A stretch of 56,983 bases of DNA from a virus (lineage: Duplodnaviria; Caudoviricetes), in the IMG/VR virus record IMGVR_UViG_3300036772_000333, positions 1 through 56,983 of that record. One strand, 5' to 3'. The translations under genes were made by a program, and so were the position numbers. Positions 8,333-16,353 of this stretch are shown here, piece by piece. Every line of letters starts with the position of its first letter. Positions within the stretch are counted from its first letter, which is position 1. Under the pieces are notes generated by a model. It searched no databases. It was not told the DNA's origin and was given only the letters and a program-made list of their open reading frames with translations.

Positions 8333-8629
8333 ATGAATACGAATAAGCAGTGTAAACGATGTGGTTATGAGTGGGAGCCGCGTGGAGCCATGCCGCCGCG
8401 ACAGTGTCCCTACTGCAAGTCGCCGAAGTGGAACATAGAGCGTGCCGTGCTAGGAAATGGCAGGTTTGAGGGTATGAAGCAGCCTGCAGTCTCGGCCACA
8501 CAGCCAATGACGAGCGAGGAGATCGTTGAGGCGATCAAGCCGGGGTTCCCCAGGCAGCAGGGAAGGTTCTCCCACGATCCCAAAACCTGCAAGGTCTATG
8601 GCTGTTTGCAATGCAAGGAGGCTAAGTGA
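8333..8629 (+). CDS. Zn-ribbon protein paralog 3 (leaderless, 98 aa)
   Basis: CKRCGYEW...PRQCPYCKSPKWN plus C-terminal HDPKTCKVYGCLQC. Confidence 0.75.
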   Translation: MNTNKQCKRCGYEWEPRGAMPPRQCPYCKSPKWNIERAVLGNGRFEGMKQPAVSATQPMTSEEIVEAIKPGFPRQQGRFSHDPKTCKVYGCLQCKEAK

Positions 8630-8742
8630 CGATTCGACGCGACACCTGCACTCGATGTGGAAACGAATTTACGCATTGGGGTTCGGCAAAGTACCCGCTA
8701 TGCCGCCCCTGCCGGAAAAAGAAAATACTCCCAAAATAATCC

Positions 8743-8771
8743 TTGACTTGGATACGATAGTACGATACGCT
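8743..8771 (+). promoter_or_regulatory. Early rightward sigma70 promoter with operator-like motif
   Basis: TTGACT-17 nt-TACGCT, AT-rich upstream; spacer contains TGGATACGATAGTACG. Confidence 0.7.
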
Positions 8772-8800
8772 CACTCCAGAAAGACGAAAGAGAGCGCACA

Positions 8801-9067
8801 ATGTTCACTCAATTCAGCAATAAATCGAGGTTCGAGATACCGGTCAAGGCCGTCAAACACAAAGCAGATTGCAAGATGGCTTTCGGACGCAAAGATAACA
8901 CTTGCCCACGTTGCATTGAACTCATCAACGGCGCTGCACCGATCCAGTGGGCACCTTCTTTCAAGCAGCGTGACGCACAGGCCTGCCGTGAGATTTCAGC
9001 ACACTTTGCCTCTCACAAGCACCTATCAGGCGGATGTGGACCCGTCTGCACCTTCGGAGAGTGGTAA
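8801..9067 (+). CDS. Small Cys/His-rich early phage protein
   Basis: First ORF after the promoter; HxxxC...CPRC and H...CGPVCTFGEW. Confidence 0.75.
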   Translation: MFTQFSNKSRFEIPVKAVKHKADCKMAFGRKDNTCPRCIELINGAAPIQWAPSFKQRDAQACREISAHFASHKHLSGGCGPVCTFGEW

Positions 9068-9205
9068 ATGCACGATCCGAAGTGTTACGAATTAGCAGAA
9101 TACTTTTACCCCAATGAGAGCGGCGAGTTTCTTAACGAACTTGCTGAAGAAATACAGAGTCTTGTCGAATACCTCAACCCCAATAATCCGGAGAGTGAAG
9201 TATGA
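9068..9205 (+). CDS. Small acidic hypothetical protein (45 aa)
   Basis: ATG directly after the upstream TAA; MHDPKCYELAEYFYPNES... Confidence 0.55.
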   Translation: MHDPKCYELAEYFYPNESGEFLNELAEEIQSLVEYLNPNNPESEV

Positions 9206-9252
9206 CCCAAGAACTCCAGTCTGTACTGCGGACAAAAAAAGGAGAAAGTTCA

Positions 9253-10170
9253 ATGATTTCATCAGATAAGGCCGTCCTACTTGCCTTTCACGGTAAGCAG
9301 TCGGTAAAGGACTTCTATATCAACCGCATCAAAGAGCATCGCGCAGCCGATGAAATCGTTCGCGGCCAATACTGGGATAAAGACCATGACGGTGTTTTCA
9401 GGGGATGCGCTGTTGGCTGTACGCTTCATTCTTCAAGCCATGCAGCCTATGAAATCGAGCTGGGGATACCTCGCATCTTGGCCCGATTGGAAGATGGGAT
9501 TTTTGAGAATATGCCCCAAGAAAACGCTCCCGATTGGCCACTTCGCTTCCTTGAATCCGTTCCTGTTGGAGCCGATTTGTCATTGGTGTGGCCAAAGTTT
9601 GCAGTATGGATGCTTGGCGATCTCAATGAAGGCGTGATCCGCTTTGCTAAATCAGACAAAACACGCGAGGCAATCCAAGATATCGCGGATATGTACTTGC
9701 GGATTGTTGCAGGAGAAAAGATAGAACCTAATGCATGGCTAAAGGAAAGGCGTGCTGCTGCTGCTTATGCTGATGCTTATGCTTATGCTGATGCTTATGC
9801 TGCTGATGCTTATGCTTATGCTGATGCTTATGCTGCTGCTGCTGCTTATGCTGATGCTGCTGATGCTTATGCTGCTGCTGCTGCTTATGCTGCTTATGCT
9901 GCTGATGCTTATGTTTATGCTGCTGATGCTGCTGATGCTTATGCTGCTGCTGCTACTTATGCTGCTTATGCTGCTGATGATGCTGATGCTGCTCGTGCTG
10001 CTGCTGCTGATGCTGCTGATGATGCTGATGATGTTTATGATGTTTATGATGTTTATGCTGCTGATGCTGCTCGTGCTGCTGCTGCTGATGCTTGGCGCAA
10101 AACGCGCCTCGCACAAGCCGATAAGCTTGTCGAGATTATGGCCTCATCCCCTGTTTTGGAGACGGTATGA
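9253..10170 (+). CDS. Hypothetical protein with an Ala/Asp/Tyr low-complexity insert
   Basis: GGAG RBS before ATG 9253; globular N-domain GCAVGCTLHS...EIELGIP followed by AAAYADA repeats. Confidence 0.8.
   Translation: MISSDKAVLLAFHGKQSVKDFYINRIKEHRAADEIVRGQYWDKDHDGVFRGCAVGCTLHSSSHAAYEIELGIPRILARLEDGIFENMPQENAPDWPLRFLESVPVGADLSLVWPKFAVWMLGDLNEGVIRFAKSDKTREAIQDIADMYLRIVAGEKIEPNAWLKERRAAAAYADAYAYADAYAADAYAYADAYAAAAAYADAADAYAAAAAYAAYAADAYVYAADAADAYAAAATYAAYAADDADAARAAAADAADDADDVYDVYDVYAADAARAAAADAWRKTRLAQADKLVEIMASSPVLETV
9751..10092 (+). repeat. Coding trinucleotide-type low-complexity tract (GCT/GAT/TAT)
   Basis: 114 consecutive codons all ending in T. Confidence 0.95.
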
Positions 10171-10336
10171 AACCCACAGAGACTCAGGAATTGGTGATGT
10201 ACTGCGGCAAACAAGTCCATATTACTGAATTAGTAGAAGACATGCTGTGTTCAGGTGTTGCTCCCGAACAGGTAATTCAGCAGCTAGGACGGAGATTGAA
10301 TTTGAAAGAGTATTGGGATGCAAGGAAGGCGGCGCG

Positions 10337-10507
10337 ATGAAAATAATACCAGCAATTATAGGAACTTTTGCATTGCTGACGATGGTATTGGCCGCTTATG
10401 TGGCTTTTATATCTCCATACCTTTCGCTGAAGGTGATAAACGCCATTTTTGTGCTGGTAAATGGTTACGTCTGCTTTTCGTGTTTTCGGAATATCAAGGA
10501 GTTATAA
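10337..10507 (+). CDS. Small 2-TM membrane protein
   Basis: MKIIPAIIGTFALL...; two hydrophobic segments. Confidence 0.5.
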   Translation: MKIIPAIIGTFALLTMVLAAYVAFISPYLSLKVINAIFVLVNGYVCFSCFRNIKEL

Positions 10508-10696
10508 ATGAAATGGTTTCGGCAATGGAGAGAATGGGTTCAGTTAAGGCGCGATCTAGAGGAGCATAAGATCGTTTGCCGGGTCCTTGAGGAGACCAAC
10601 ATCGGAAGCGTAGGCCCGGAGAAAACCGAATATTGGGCACGGGCGATAATTTCAATGATACGAACACATGACGAAAGAACACGGAGATGGCTATGA
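10508..10696 (+). CDS. Hypothetical protein
   Basis: AAGGAG RBS; coupled to neighbouring ORFs. Confidence 0.55.
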   Translation: MKWFRQWREWVQLRRDLEEHKIVCRVLEETNIGSVGPEKTEYWARAIISMIRTHDERTRRWL

Positions 10697-10875
10697 GAGC
10701 GATTACCACATACCAGGTTGAACAGAAATTTAGAAACAGAGGGTGGATAAAATGCTGGTTCGCGGAATTTAAATTACTTAAAACCGCCCGGCAATTAATG
10801 GTTGATGTCAAGAATAAACGCGAAGAAGGCATGGCCTATCGAATCGTAAAGCTCACACGTGAGGTGATCGAATGA
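10693..10875 (+). CDS. Hypothetical protein
   Basis: ATGA coupling; GGAG RBS. Confidence 0.5.
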   Translation: MRAITTYQVEQKFRNRGWIKCWFAEFKLLKTARQLMVDVKNKREEGMAYRIVKLTREVIE

Positions 10876-10896
10876 GCGCAATCAAGGAGGCTAAAC

Positions 10897-11079
10897 GTGA
10901 CAACTGATCTAGCACTCAAAATAGGCGCACTCTCTGGGGCGTATTGGTTCATCTCAGGAGTGTTACTTTACCTGGCGATCTGTTTTATCATCCACTGCTT
11001 TTTGAGAGTGATTAGTTGCTGCATGATGGCAATTGGATTTTGGCTAGATGGAGTAGCAGAGAAGGCGGGGAAGCGATGA
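10897..11079 (+). CDS. Small membrane protein
   Basis: AAGGAGG RBS then GTG; hydrophobic. Confidence 0.55.
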   Translation: MTTDLALKIGALSGAYWFISGVLLYLAICFIIHCFLRVISCCMMAIGFWLDGVAEKAGKR

Positions 11080-11209
11080 CCTTCGGCATATTCTTTGGAT
11101 CGATGGATGAGTGGATCATCTTGTATCGACCTTGGTTACATGCTGTTCGAGGACTCAGAAAGAGCCGGTTATTGAAACCTGGGAAGTATCGCAGATTTTG
11201 CAGGATCAA

Positions 11210-11410
11210 ATGATCGATATTGTTCTGGAAGTACTGGAAGACCAGCTATATACCCTTTCAGGGACATGGAAGTAGGAGATAGTTTTCTGGTTGAGGGCAA
11301 GCATATCAATCGAATTTCTTGGGATGCTTGCAAATACTCCAAAAATATTAGGTGCGCGATTCGCGTGCAGAACTGTAGAAGGTGGGGTTAGGGTTTGGAG
11401 GATCAAATGA
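11210..11410 (+). pseudogene. Frameshifted small phage DNA-binding-like gene (YPFxxMEVGDSF...GVRVWR type)
   Basis: GRPAIYPFRDMEVGDSF is in one frame, FACRTVEGGVRVWRIK* in another (shift at the A5 run 11341-11345); the coupled ATG at 11210 is out of frame with the first motif. Confidence 0.6.
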
Positions 11411-11616
11411 TCGAAAACCACATGGTCCTTCCTGATTACAGCGAGTTCCGCAGAGCCAAGCCAGAGCCTCACAGATGCCCGTGGTGCCATCAGATCGTAT
11501 CGCTTGATGAAGAGGGAGTCAGTTTGAGCGAAAGTGAGATCTGGTGCAATGACTGCCTGGGAGAGAGTTGGTGCGAGGGGTTGAATTTGTTGCCGAGAGA
11601 TGAGGGGGATAACTAA
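11407..11616 (+). CDS. Small CxxC...CxxC protein
   Basis: GGAGG RBS; CPWC...CNDC. Confidence 0.6.
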   Translation: MIENHMVLPDYSEFRRAKPEPHRCPWCHQIVSLDEEGVSLSESEIWCNDCLGESWCEGLNLLPRDEGDN

Positions 11617-11777
11617 ATGAAGCGACCCAATAGAACTGACGATAGTTTGATCTTGGCAATTTCTCGCAACAGGGTAAGGTTTCTAGCTTACGCTAAATAT
11701 TTCTTCGAACCCAAGCTTATTGAATTTCTCGGACCAAATGATTTTCCGAAAATTCTCAAATAGAGAGGACGCCGAAC

Positions 11778-12281
11778 ATGAAAGCATTCGAACGTGAGAC
11801 GATTTGCGAACACTGCGGACAATATATTTGTTATCAACAAACACTACGTGTTTGGGTGCATACCTTATCAAGATTATCAAGATGCATGTTGTGTAGACCA
11901 CATACATTAGCCACCCCAAAGGAGCGGGCTCCTTCAACCCCTTCAGCGGAACAGAAGGTTGATAGTCAATCAGGTGAGGCTAGGTGTGAGAGTATGAACG
12001 CAATCGAATGGCTGCAAAAAGCAAGAAAGCGGATTGAGAATCCTGAGAACTGGGCACAGGGACGCTATAGGTGTGGAAATAGTTTTTGTGCAGTAGGGGC
12101 TCTATATATAGAAGAAGATAATATGGGAAATCAATGCGCGTTCAATAAAGTATACGAATTACTTCAGGATGTATGTCTATCCATGGGAGGAACCAGAAGT
12201 ATTAGTTACTTCAACGACCACCACTCCCATGCCGAAGTCATAGCAGCATTCGATGAAGCGATACGAAGATTGGAGAAATGA
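11778..12281 (+). CDS. Hypothetical phage protein (C-terminal W.QG...FCAVGA...ND domain)
   Basis: GAGG RBS; the motif is common in small phage proteins. Confidence 0.65.
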   Translation: MKAFERETICEHCGQYICYQQTLRVWVHTLSRLSRCMLCRPHTLATPKERAPSTPSAEQKVDSQSGEARCESMNAIEWLQKARKRIENPENWAQGRYRCGNSFCAVGALYIEEDNMGNQCAFNKVYELLQDVCLSMGGTRSISYFNDHHSHAEVIAAFDEAIRRLEK

Positions 12282-12366
12282 TGAAGACTAAACCGATGAG
12301 TGATTCAGCAAAGGCGCGCTATGAAAGTATCTGGATACTCCAAGTCTACTCGGTTGAATGTAAGGC

Positions 12367-12552
12367 TTGGGTGCGGAACAGGTTCAGAAAGCAGGCCACA
12401 ACATGCAGGATGCGGCTGCTTCTATGAAGCAGGCTGTAGACAACATGGAAGGCGTTTTATTTAGGCACGAACGGTTTTTGGATGACTGGCTTCAGGGGTA
12501 CCAGGCGATTGTAGAGTCGCAAGCGAAATCAGAGGCCAGCCATGTCGAATAA
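12367..12552 (+). CDS. Hypothetical protein (start uncertain)
   Basis: Helical, protein-like sequence in a rightward run. Confidence 0.4.
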   Translation: MGAEQVQKAGHNMQDAAASMKQAVDNMEGVLFRHERFLDDWLQGYQAIVESQAKSEASHVE

Positions 12553-12576
12553 CTCGAAGCCGCAACGAGGTCAACA

Positions 12577-12876
12577 ATGAGTTACTGCACAAACTATCCC
12601 GGTCGCGTGAGAGAGAAACTTGCGGAGATGCTAACCAAGGCACTGGGAACGCCCGTACACGCTGTCGATATATGGCGTCAGTCGCCACGGCATATTCGCT
12701 TTTACGGAGCCGCAGTGTGGGGCGCGGACACTTACCAAGGCAAGCGGTCCATCTGTTCTTGGGACACGATGAGCGATTGCGTTAGGCGTGGGTTCACTGT
12801 CGAGGACTGCTCAAAAGACCGCCACTCGTTTGCTGATTATGAAATTCACGTCATACCAATCGGAGGCACCAAGTGA
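12577..12876 (+). CDS. Hypothetical protein
   Basis: GAGG RBS; coupled to the next gene. Confidence 0.65.
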   Translation: MSYCTNYPGRVREKLAEMLTKALGTPVHAVDIWRQSPRHIRFYGAAVWGADTYQGKRSICSWDTMSDCVRRGFTVEDCSKDRHSFADYEIHVIPIGGTK

Positions 12877-13655
12877 ATAAGCCAGAGCCATTCAAAAAGA
12901 TCAAATGCTCAGATGGCAGCTATTTCCATCCATACAAGAACGGCATCTGCGTACAGTGTGGTCATGTATTCGGTCAGCCGGTAGAGCCAGTAGAAGAGGG
13001 AGAGATAGCCCCTAATAGGACCATCGAAGTTTTAGCGCGTGAGATCGTCAGTCGAATCGTCAGGAACACAATAGGTGCCACCTGGACTCGAAATATAGAG
13101 GAGTTGCAGGATTCCGATGCGGAGTTCCCGACCGAAGAAGAGCTAATCATCGATGCCCTAAGCCTCGCGCTGGGCGATGACATAGGTTGCCTGGACCCTA
13201 ATGATGACGATTTTCGTGAGCGCGTAGACGTGCTGTGGCTGGAAGATTTGCTGAAGCGGGAACTCGCGCTAAAGGCTCCTGCTGTAGTAGAGGGAGAGCC
13301 AATGACGTGCTGTGAGGGTTCGGCTCCCCTATCCGATTGCTACGTCAGTTGCGGTGGGACTAAACCGGATCCGCAGCCACTCTCCGAAGTGAGCCCTCGT
13401 CCCATTGAGGGAGAACCAACCGGATTCGCTAAAGCTTTGGATCATGCAAATAAAGTGTGGGCGAACGATCCTGACCCAGAAGATCTGGATGTGAAGGAAC
13501 ACTGCGGAATCCCTTCTGGTCCTTGGATCAGGAAATTCGCGACTGAGATGGTTTGTGAACACTGCGGGAAAATAGAGCAAGATCATATCTCGTTTATGGG
13601 AAAGACCTATTGTAGCGAACGAGGAAGAGGCAAAGGAAGTGCAGATCGGCGATGA
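12873..13655 (+). CDS. Mosaic hypothetical protein with Cys motifs
   Basis: GGAGG RBS, GTGA overlap, 260 aa. Confidence 0.65.
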   Translation: MNKPEPFKKIKCSDGSYFHPYKNGICVQCGHVFGQPVEPVEEGEIAPNRTIEVLAREIVSRIVRNTIGATWTRNIEELQDSDAEFPTEEELIIDALSLALGDDIGCLDPNDDDFRERVDVLWLEDLLKRELALKAPAVVEGEPMTCCEGSAPLSDCYVSCGGTKPDPQPLSEVSPRPIEGEPTGFAKALDHANKVWANDPDPEDLDVKEHCGIPSGPWIRKFATEMVCEHCGKIEQDHISFMGKTYCSERGRGKGSADRR

Positions 13656-13700
13656 GTGGGTGGTTGAAATATATCCTCACAGAGATTCGAGGCCAGCAAA

Positions 13701-14318
13701 ATGAAAACTCTATTGTTAGTGCTGCTTCTCTGTGGGAGTCTGCAAGCGCAGTGCTCTAATCAGTATCCACTGCAACACGAGGGCACATGTAGGGCACCGT
13801 CCGCTCAGGTAGATGTGAGCAAGGACCATAAAATTGGCCTAACTGCAATTAAAAGAGATGGCATAGTGGCACTGACCTGTTATGACGTTCAACGTTCAAC
13901 TGTAATTTTACTGGGCTTTGATGGTAGGCCACTGACATTGAAATGTTTTATCGATGAAATCGGCGAGCAGTACTGGAGGTTCTATGCCGCACCTGAATGC
14001 ATTATTTGCATTCGCCCTCCAGATGGCTGCTACCTAGATGGAGTTTTCTATCCGGGGTGCGATGGAGGGTGGCCCATGCCTGGATTCTGGGACTGTCCTC
14101 GCTTGCTAGGTAGGGCTGGATGCCAGTTGAATGCCTTACCAATGTGCGCTGGTGGTTCGACGGCTTCGAACGAGCCTTGCACTCCTGCGGGCTATGGTTT
14201 TGAACCAAAAACGGCGGCTATTCCTGATTTGACTAAGCCTTCCTCTAAGCCGAATAAACAAACTCATTGTACCAGCCATCCCTATAGCCACCAGGCTACG
14301 TGCGAAAGGGAGAAATGA
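13701..14318 (+). CDS. Secreted Cys-rich protein
   Basis: MKTLLLVLLLCGSLQA|Q signal peptide; many Cys in the mature part. Confidence 0.65.
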   Translation: MKTLLLVLLLCGSLQAQCSNQYPLQHEGTCRAPSAQVDVSKDHKIGLTAIKRDGIVALTCYDVQRSTVILLGFDGRPLTLKCFIDEIGEQYWRFYAAPECIICIRPPDGCYLDGVFYPGCDGGWPMPGFWDCPRLLGRAGCQLNALPMCAGGSTASNEPCTPAGYGFEPKTAAIPDLTKPSSKPNKQTHCTSHPYSHQATCEREK

Positions 14319-14625
14319 AGTCGTAGACTTCTCGTTCAGCATGACCCGACATCACCATGTCGGTGGTATAACGCAAAATGCGGTACCCGAGTATCGTGGC
14401 CCTGTTGTATTTCTCGGCGTCCTTGGCCATGCCATATCCCCGAGAGTGTCTTCCCTGCGACCAGGTTCCTCCCTCGATCTCCACTAAGATCATCGGCTCA
14501 ATCATGAAGTCAGACCTCCACCGGCGCGACGGATCGAATTGGAACTCCCGTACAAACTCTATCCCCCTGGCACGCATGTGCAGAGCAAACAACTCTTCGC
14601 CCGGACTACCAGCTCTAGGCATCAC
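14296..14625 (-). CDS. Vsr/DUF559-like PD-(D/E)xK endonuclease (resolvase candidate)
   Basis: REFQFDPSRRWRSDF...VEIEGG.W...H...D.EKYN.A..LGYRILR. Confidence 0.85.
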   Translation of the reverse strand: MMPRAGSPGEELFALHMRARGIEFVREFQFDPSRRWRSDFMIEPMILVEIEGGTWSQGRHSRGYGMAKDAEKYNRATILGYRILRYTTDMVMSGHAEREVYDFISPFRT

Positions 14626-14969
14626 AGCCTGCGACTCCCTTTCTCGTTATTGCACGCATAGCACGCTGCGAGATTATAGGGTTTACCATCTTTCTCGATG
14701 CGGTCGTCTCGATGCGATCCTCCCATGCCCCTACCGTCAACATGCTCAAAGGTCGGCGTCCATCCTGCCATATTGCCGCCGCGTCGTATGCAGTCAGGCG
14801 TAATCATCAATCCGCAGCGATTACCTTGACGCTCGAGCATGACATAGATGCGTCTCCGGTACTCTCGCTTGCCGGCGATGTGCGATTGCTGACAGACTTC
14901 GCGACCATCAGGATAAACACGCACAGCCTCATACTTTCTCTTGGGCCTGTCCTTCGGCTTCAATATCAC
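14622..14969 (-). CDS. HNH-fold nuclease
   Basis: RQGNRC...TFEHVDGRG...NLAACYACNNEKG. Confidence 0.7.
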   Translation of the reverse strand: MILKPKDRPKRKYEAVRVYPDGREVCQQSHIAGKREYRRRIYVMLERQGNRCGLMITPDCIRRGGNMAGWTPTFEHVDGRGMGGSHRDDRIEKDGKPYNLAACYACNNEKGSRRL

Positions 14970-15202
14970 CGGCTAATTCCCAGCAGCAACCGCCTCGCTG
15001 ACTCAGTCTTGCAGTCGCGGACCTGCTCAAGCTCCCGCTGCGTGAACTCCTTCGCTTGCTTGTACGTCAGCTTATACTTCGTCCCGATTGACTGGCGCAG
15101 CGGATTCGAATGGAAGTTCAATTTCGTCTTCCCAGTAGTCGTGCCCGCAGGATTGGCACTCATATTTTGCAACTCCGTTGATCGCATCGACTTCCTCCAC
15201 AT
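14966..15202 (-). CDS. Hypothetical protein
   Basis: Coupled ORF in the operon; start uncertain. Confidence 0.45.
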   Translation of the reverse strand: MWRKSMRSTELQNMSANPAGTTTGKTKLNFHSNPLRQSIGTKYKLTYKQAKEFTQRELEQVRDCKTESARRLLLGISR

Positions 15203-15226
15203 CTTTCGAACTGCATTCTGGGCAGG

Positions 15227-15811
15227 TCATGCCGGTATCCCCCTCATCTTTTCATAGTCAGCCACATGCTCCGCGATATACCAATCGAACACCGCATCGA
15301 GGGCCGTCTTACGGCTGGAGGTTCCCTCGATCGCCATCGCTATCTCGATAGCCTCGTCCTGCTTCGTCGCGCGATGCTCGAGGTGCTGCTCTGGCGCTGT
15401 CCGTTGGATGGTCGATATAAACTCCCGTTCCGACTGTGCCGCCGCCGCCTGGAGCGTTTCAGGGCGATTGCGGACCTCTGTCGAGAGAGACTGCATCACC
15501 ACGATATTGCAGCGAGGGATCCCAGCCAGCTTCTCCGAGTCAATATCTCGCAATTCCTCGGCCGCCGCCATCGCCGCATAGCAATCCCGATAACTGTACG
15601 GTGCTGCAGAGAGTACCCACCGATCAAACGAAGTGTAGGGCGCATCCGTGGTTGGATCGGTGAGGTCGTCCCATGGAAAACGCCGCTTCATCTCCCGCAG
15701 TATCAGTCCGCGCTCAATGTAGGAGGTCTTCGCCGTTACATCAAGAGAGCGTACTCTTTGGTCGAGGTAATAGGTTGCCTGTTTTTCCAACAGGGAAAAT
15801 TTCTCATTCAT
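15227..15811 (-). CDS. Hypothetical protein
   Basis: ATGA coupling; 194 aa. Confidence 0.75.
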   Translation of the reverse strand: MNEKFSLLEKQATYYLDQRVRSLDVTAKTSYIERGLILREMKRRFPWDDLTDPTTDAPYTSFDRWVLSAAPYSYRDCYAAMAAAEELRDIDSEKLAGIPRCNIVVMQSLSTEVRNRPETLQAAAAQSEREFISTIQRTAPEQHLEHRATKQDEAIEIAMAIEGTSSRKTALDAVFDWYIAEHVADYEKMRGIPA

Positions 15812-16353
15812 AGACCTAATACCCTCGCGATCTCATCACCAACGTCTTTAGTCGTTACCCATTCTCGCATCGGACGACGTGCCCAGATAGAGTTTTTTTC
15901 AATCGGCATAGCTATTGGTTTATCCCCTGTTTTGCCAATGTTTTCCCAGAATAGTTCCTCTATCCTTGGGTTTTCCGGGTGTTTCTCCGCCATCCAATGC
16001 AGCGCCCCGCAGACGCAAGCCCATAGGTGCTCCTGCCTGTTTTGGTGCCGTCTCTGCCTATTATCCCGATATGACTTTTGCTCATCCTTTAGCCTCTTCT
16101 GCCTGATTGCCTTGATTGTTGCAGCATCCTGCTTCCCCTCCCTGGCATACCACAGGTCGCGCATCTGTAGGCCTACAGCGTCCAGCACAGACTCAATCGT
16201 GCAACCAGCCCAGCAGCGTATTAACATCGCGTCTTTTCCCTCCCGCAGGCTTAGGGATGGTGATCGGTCCTTGTGTGACGGACACTTGGCCGACCACTTC
16301 CCTTTACCTGCTCGGGTGGCGTTGAATACGGAGACGATCTGTCCGGCTGTCAT
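15808..16353 (-). CDS. Primase-type Zn-binding-domain protein (no catalytic domain)
   Basis: WSAKCPSHKDRSPSLS...RCWAGC. Confidence 0.8.
   Translation of the reverse strand: MTAGQIVSVFNATRAGKGKWSAKCPSHKDRSPSLSLREGKDAMLIRCWAGCTIESVLDAVGLQMRDLWYAREGKQDAATIKAIRQKRLKDEQKSYRDNRQRRHQNRQEHLWACVCGALHWMAEKHPENPRIEELFWENIGKTGDKPIAMPIEKNSIWARRPMREWVTTKDVGDEIARVLGL

Noticed and set aside
9751-10092. CRISPR array or DGR variable region
   Set aside because: No repeat-spacer periodicity, no template repeat, and no reverse transcriptase or cas operon in the genome
9739-10228. Poly-Leu/Met (+) and poly-Ser/Ile (-) ORFs
   Set aside because: Shadow frames of the NNT codon tract; no independent evidence of coding
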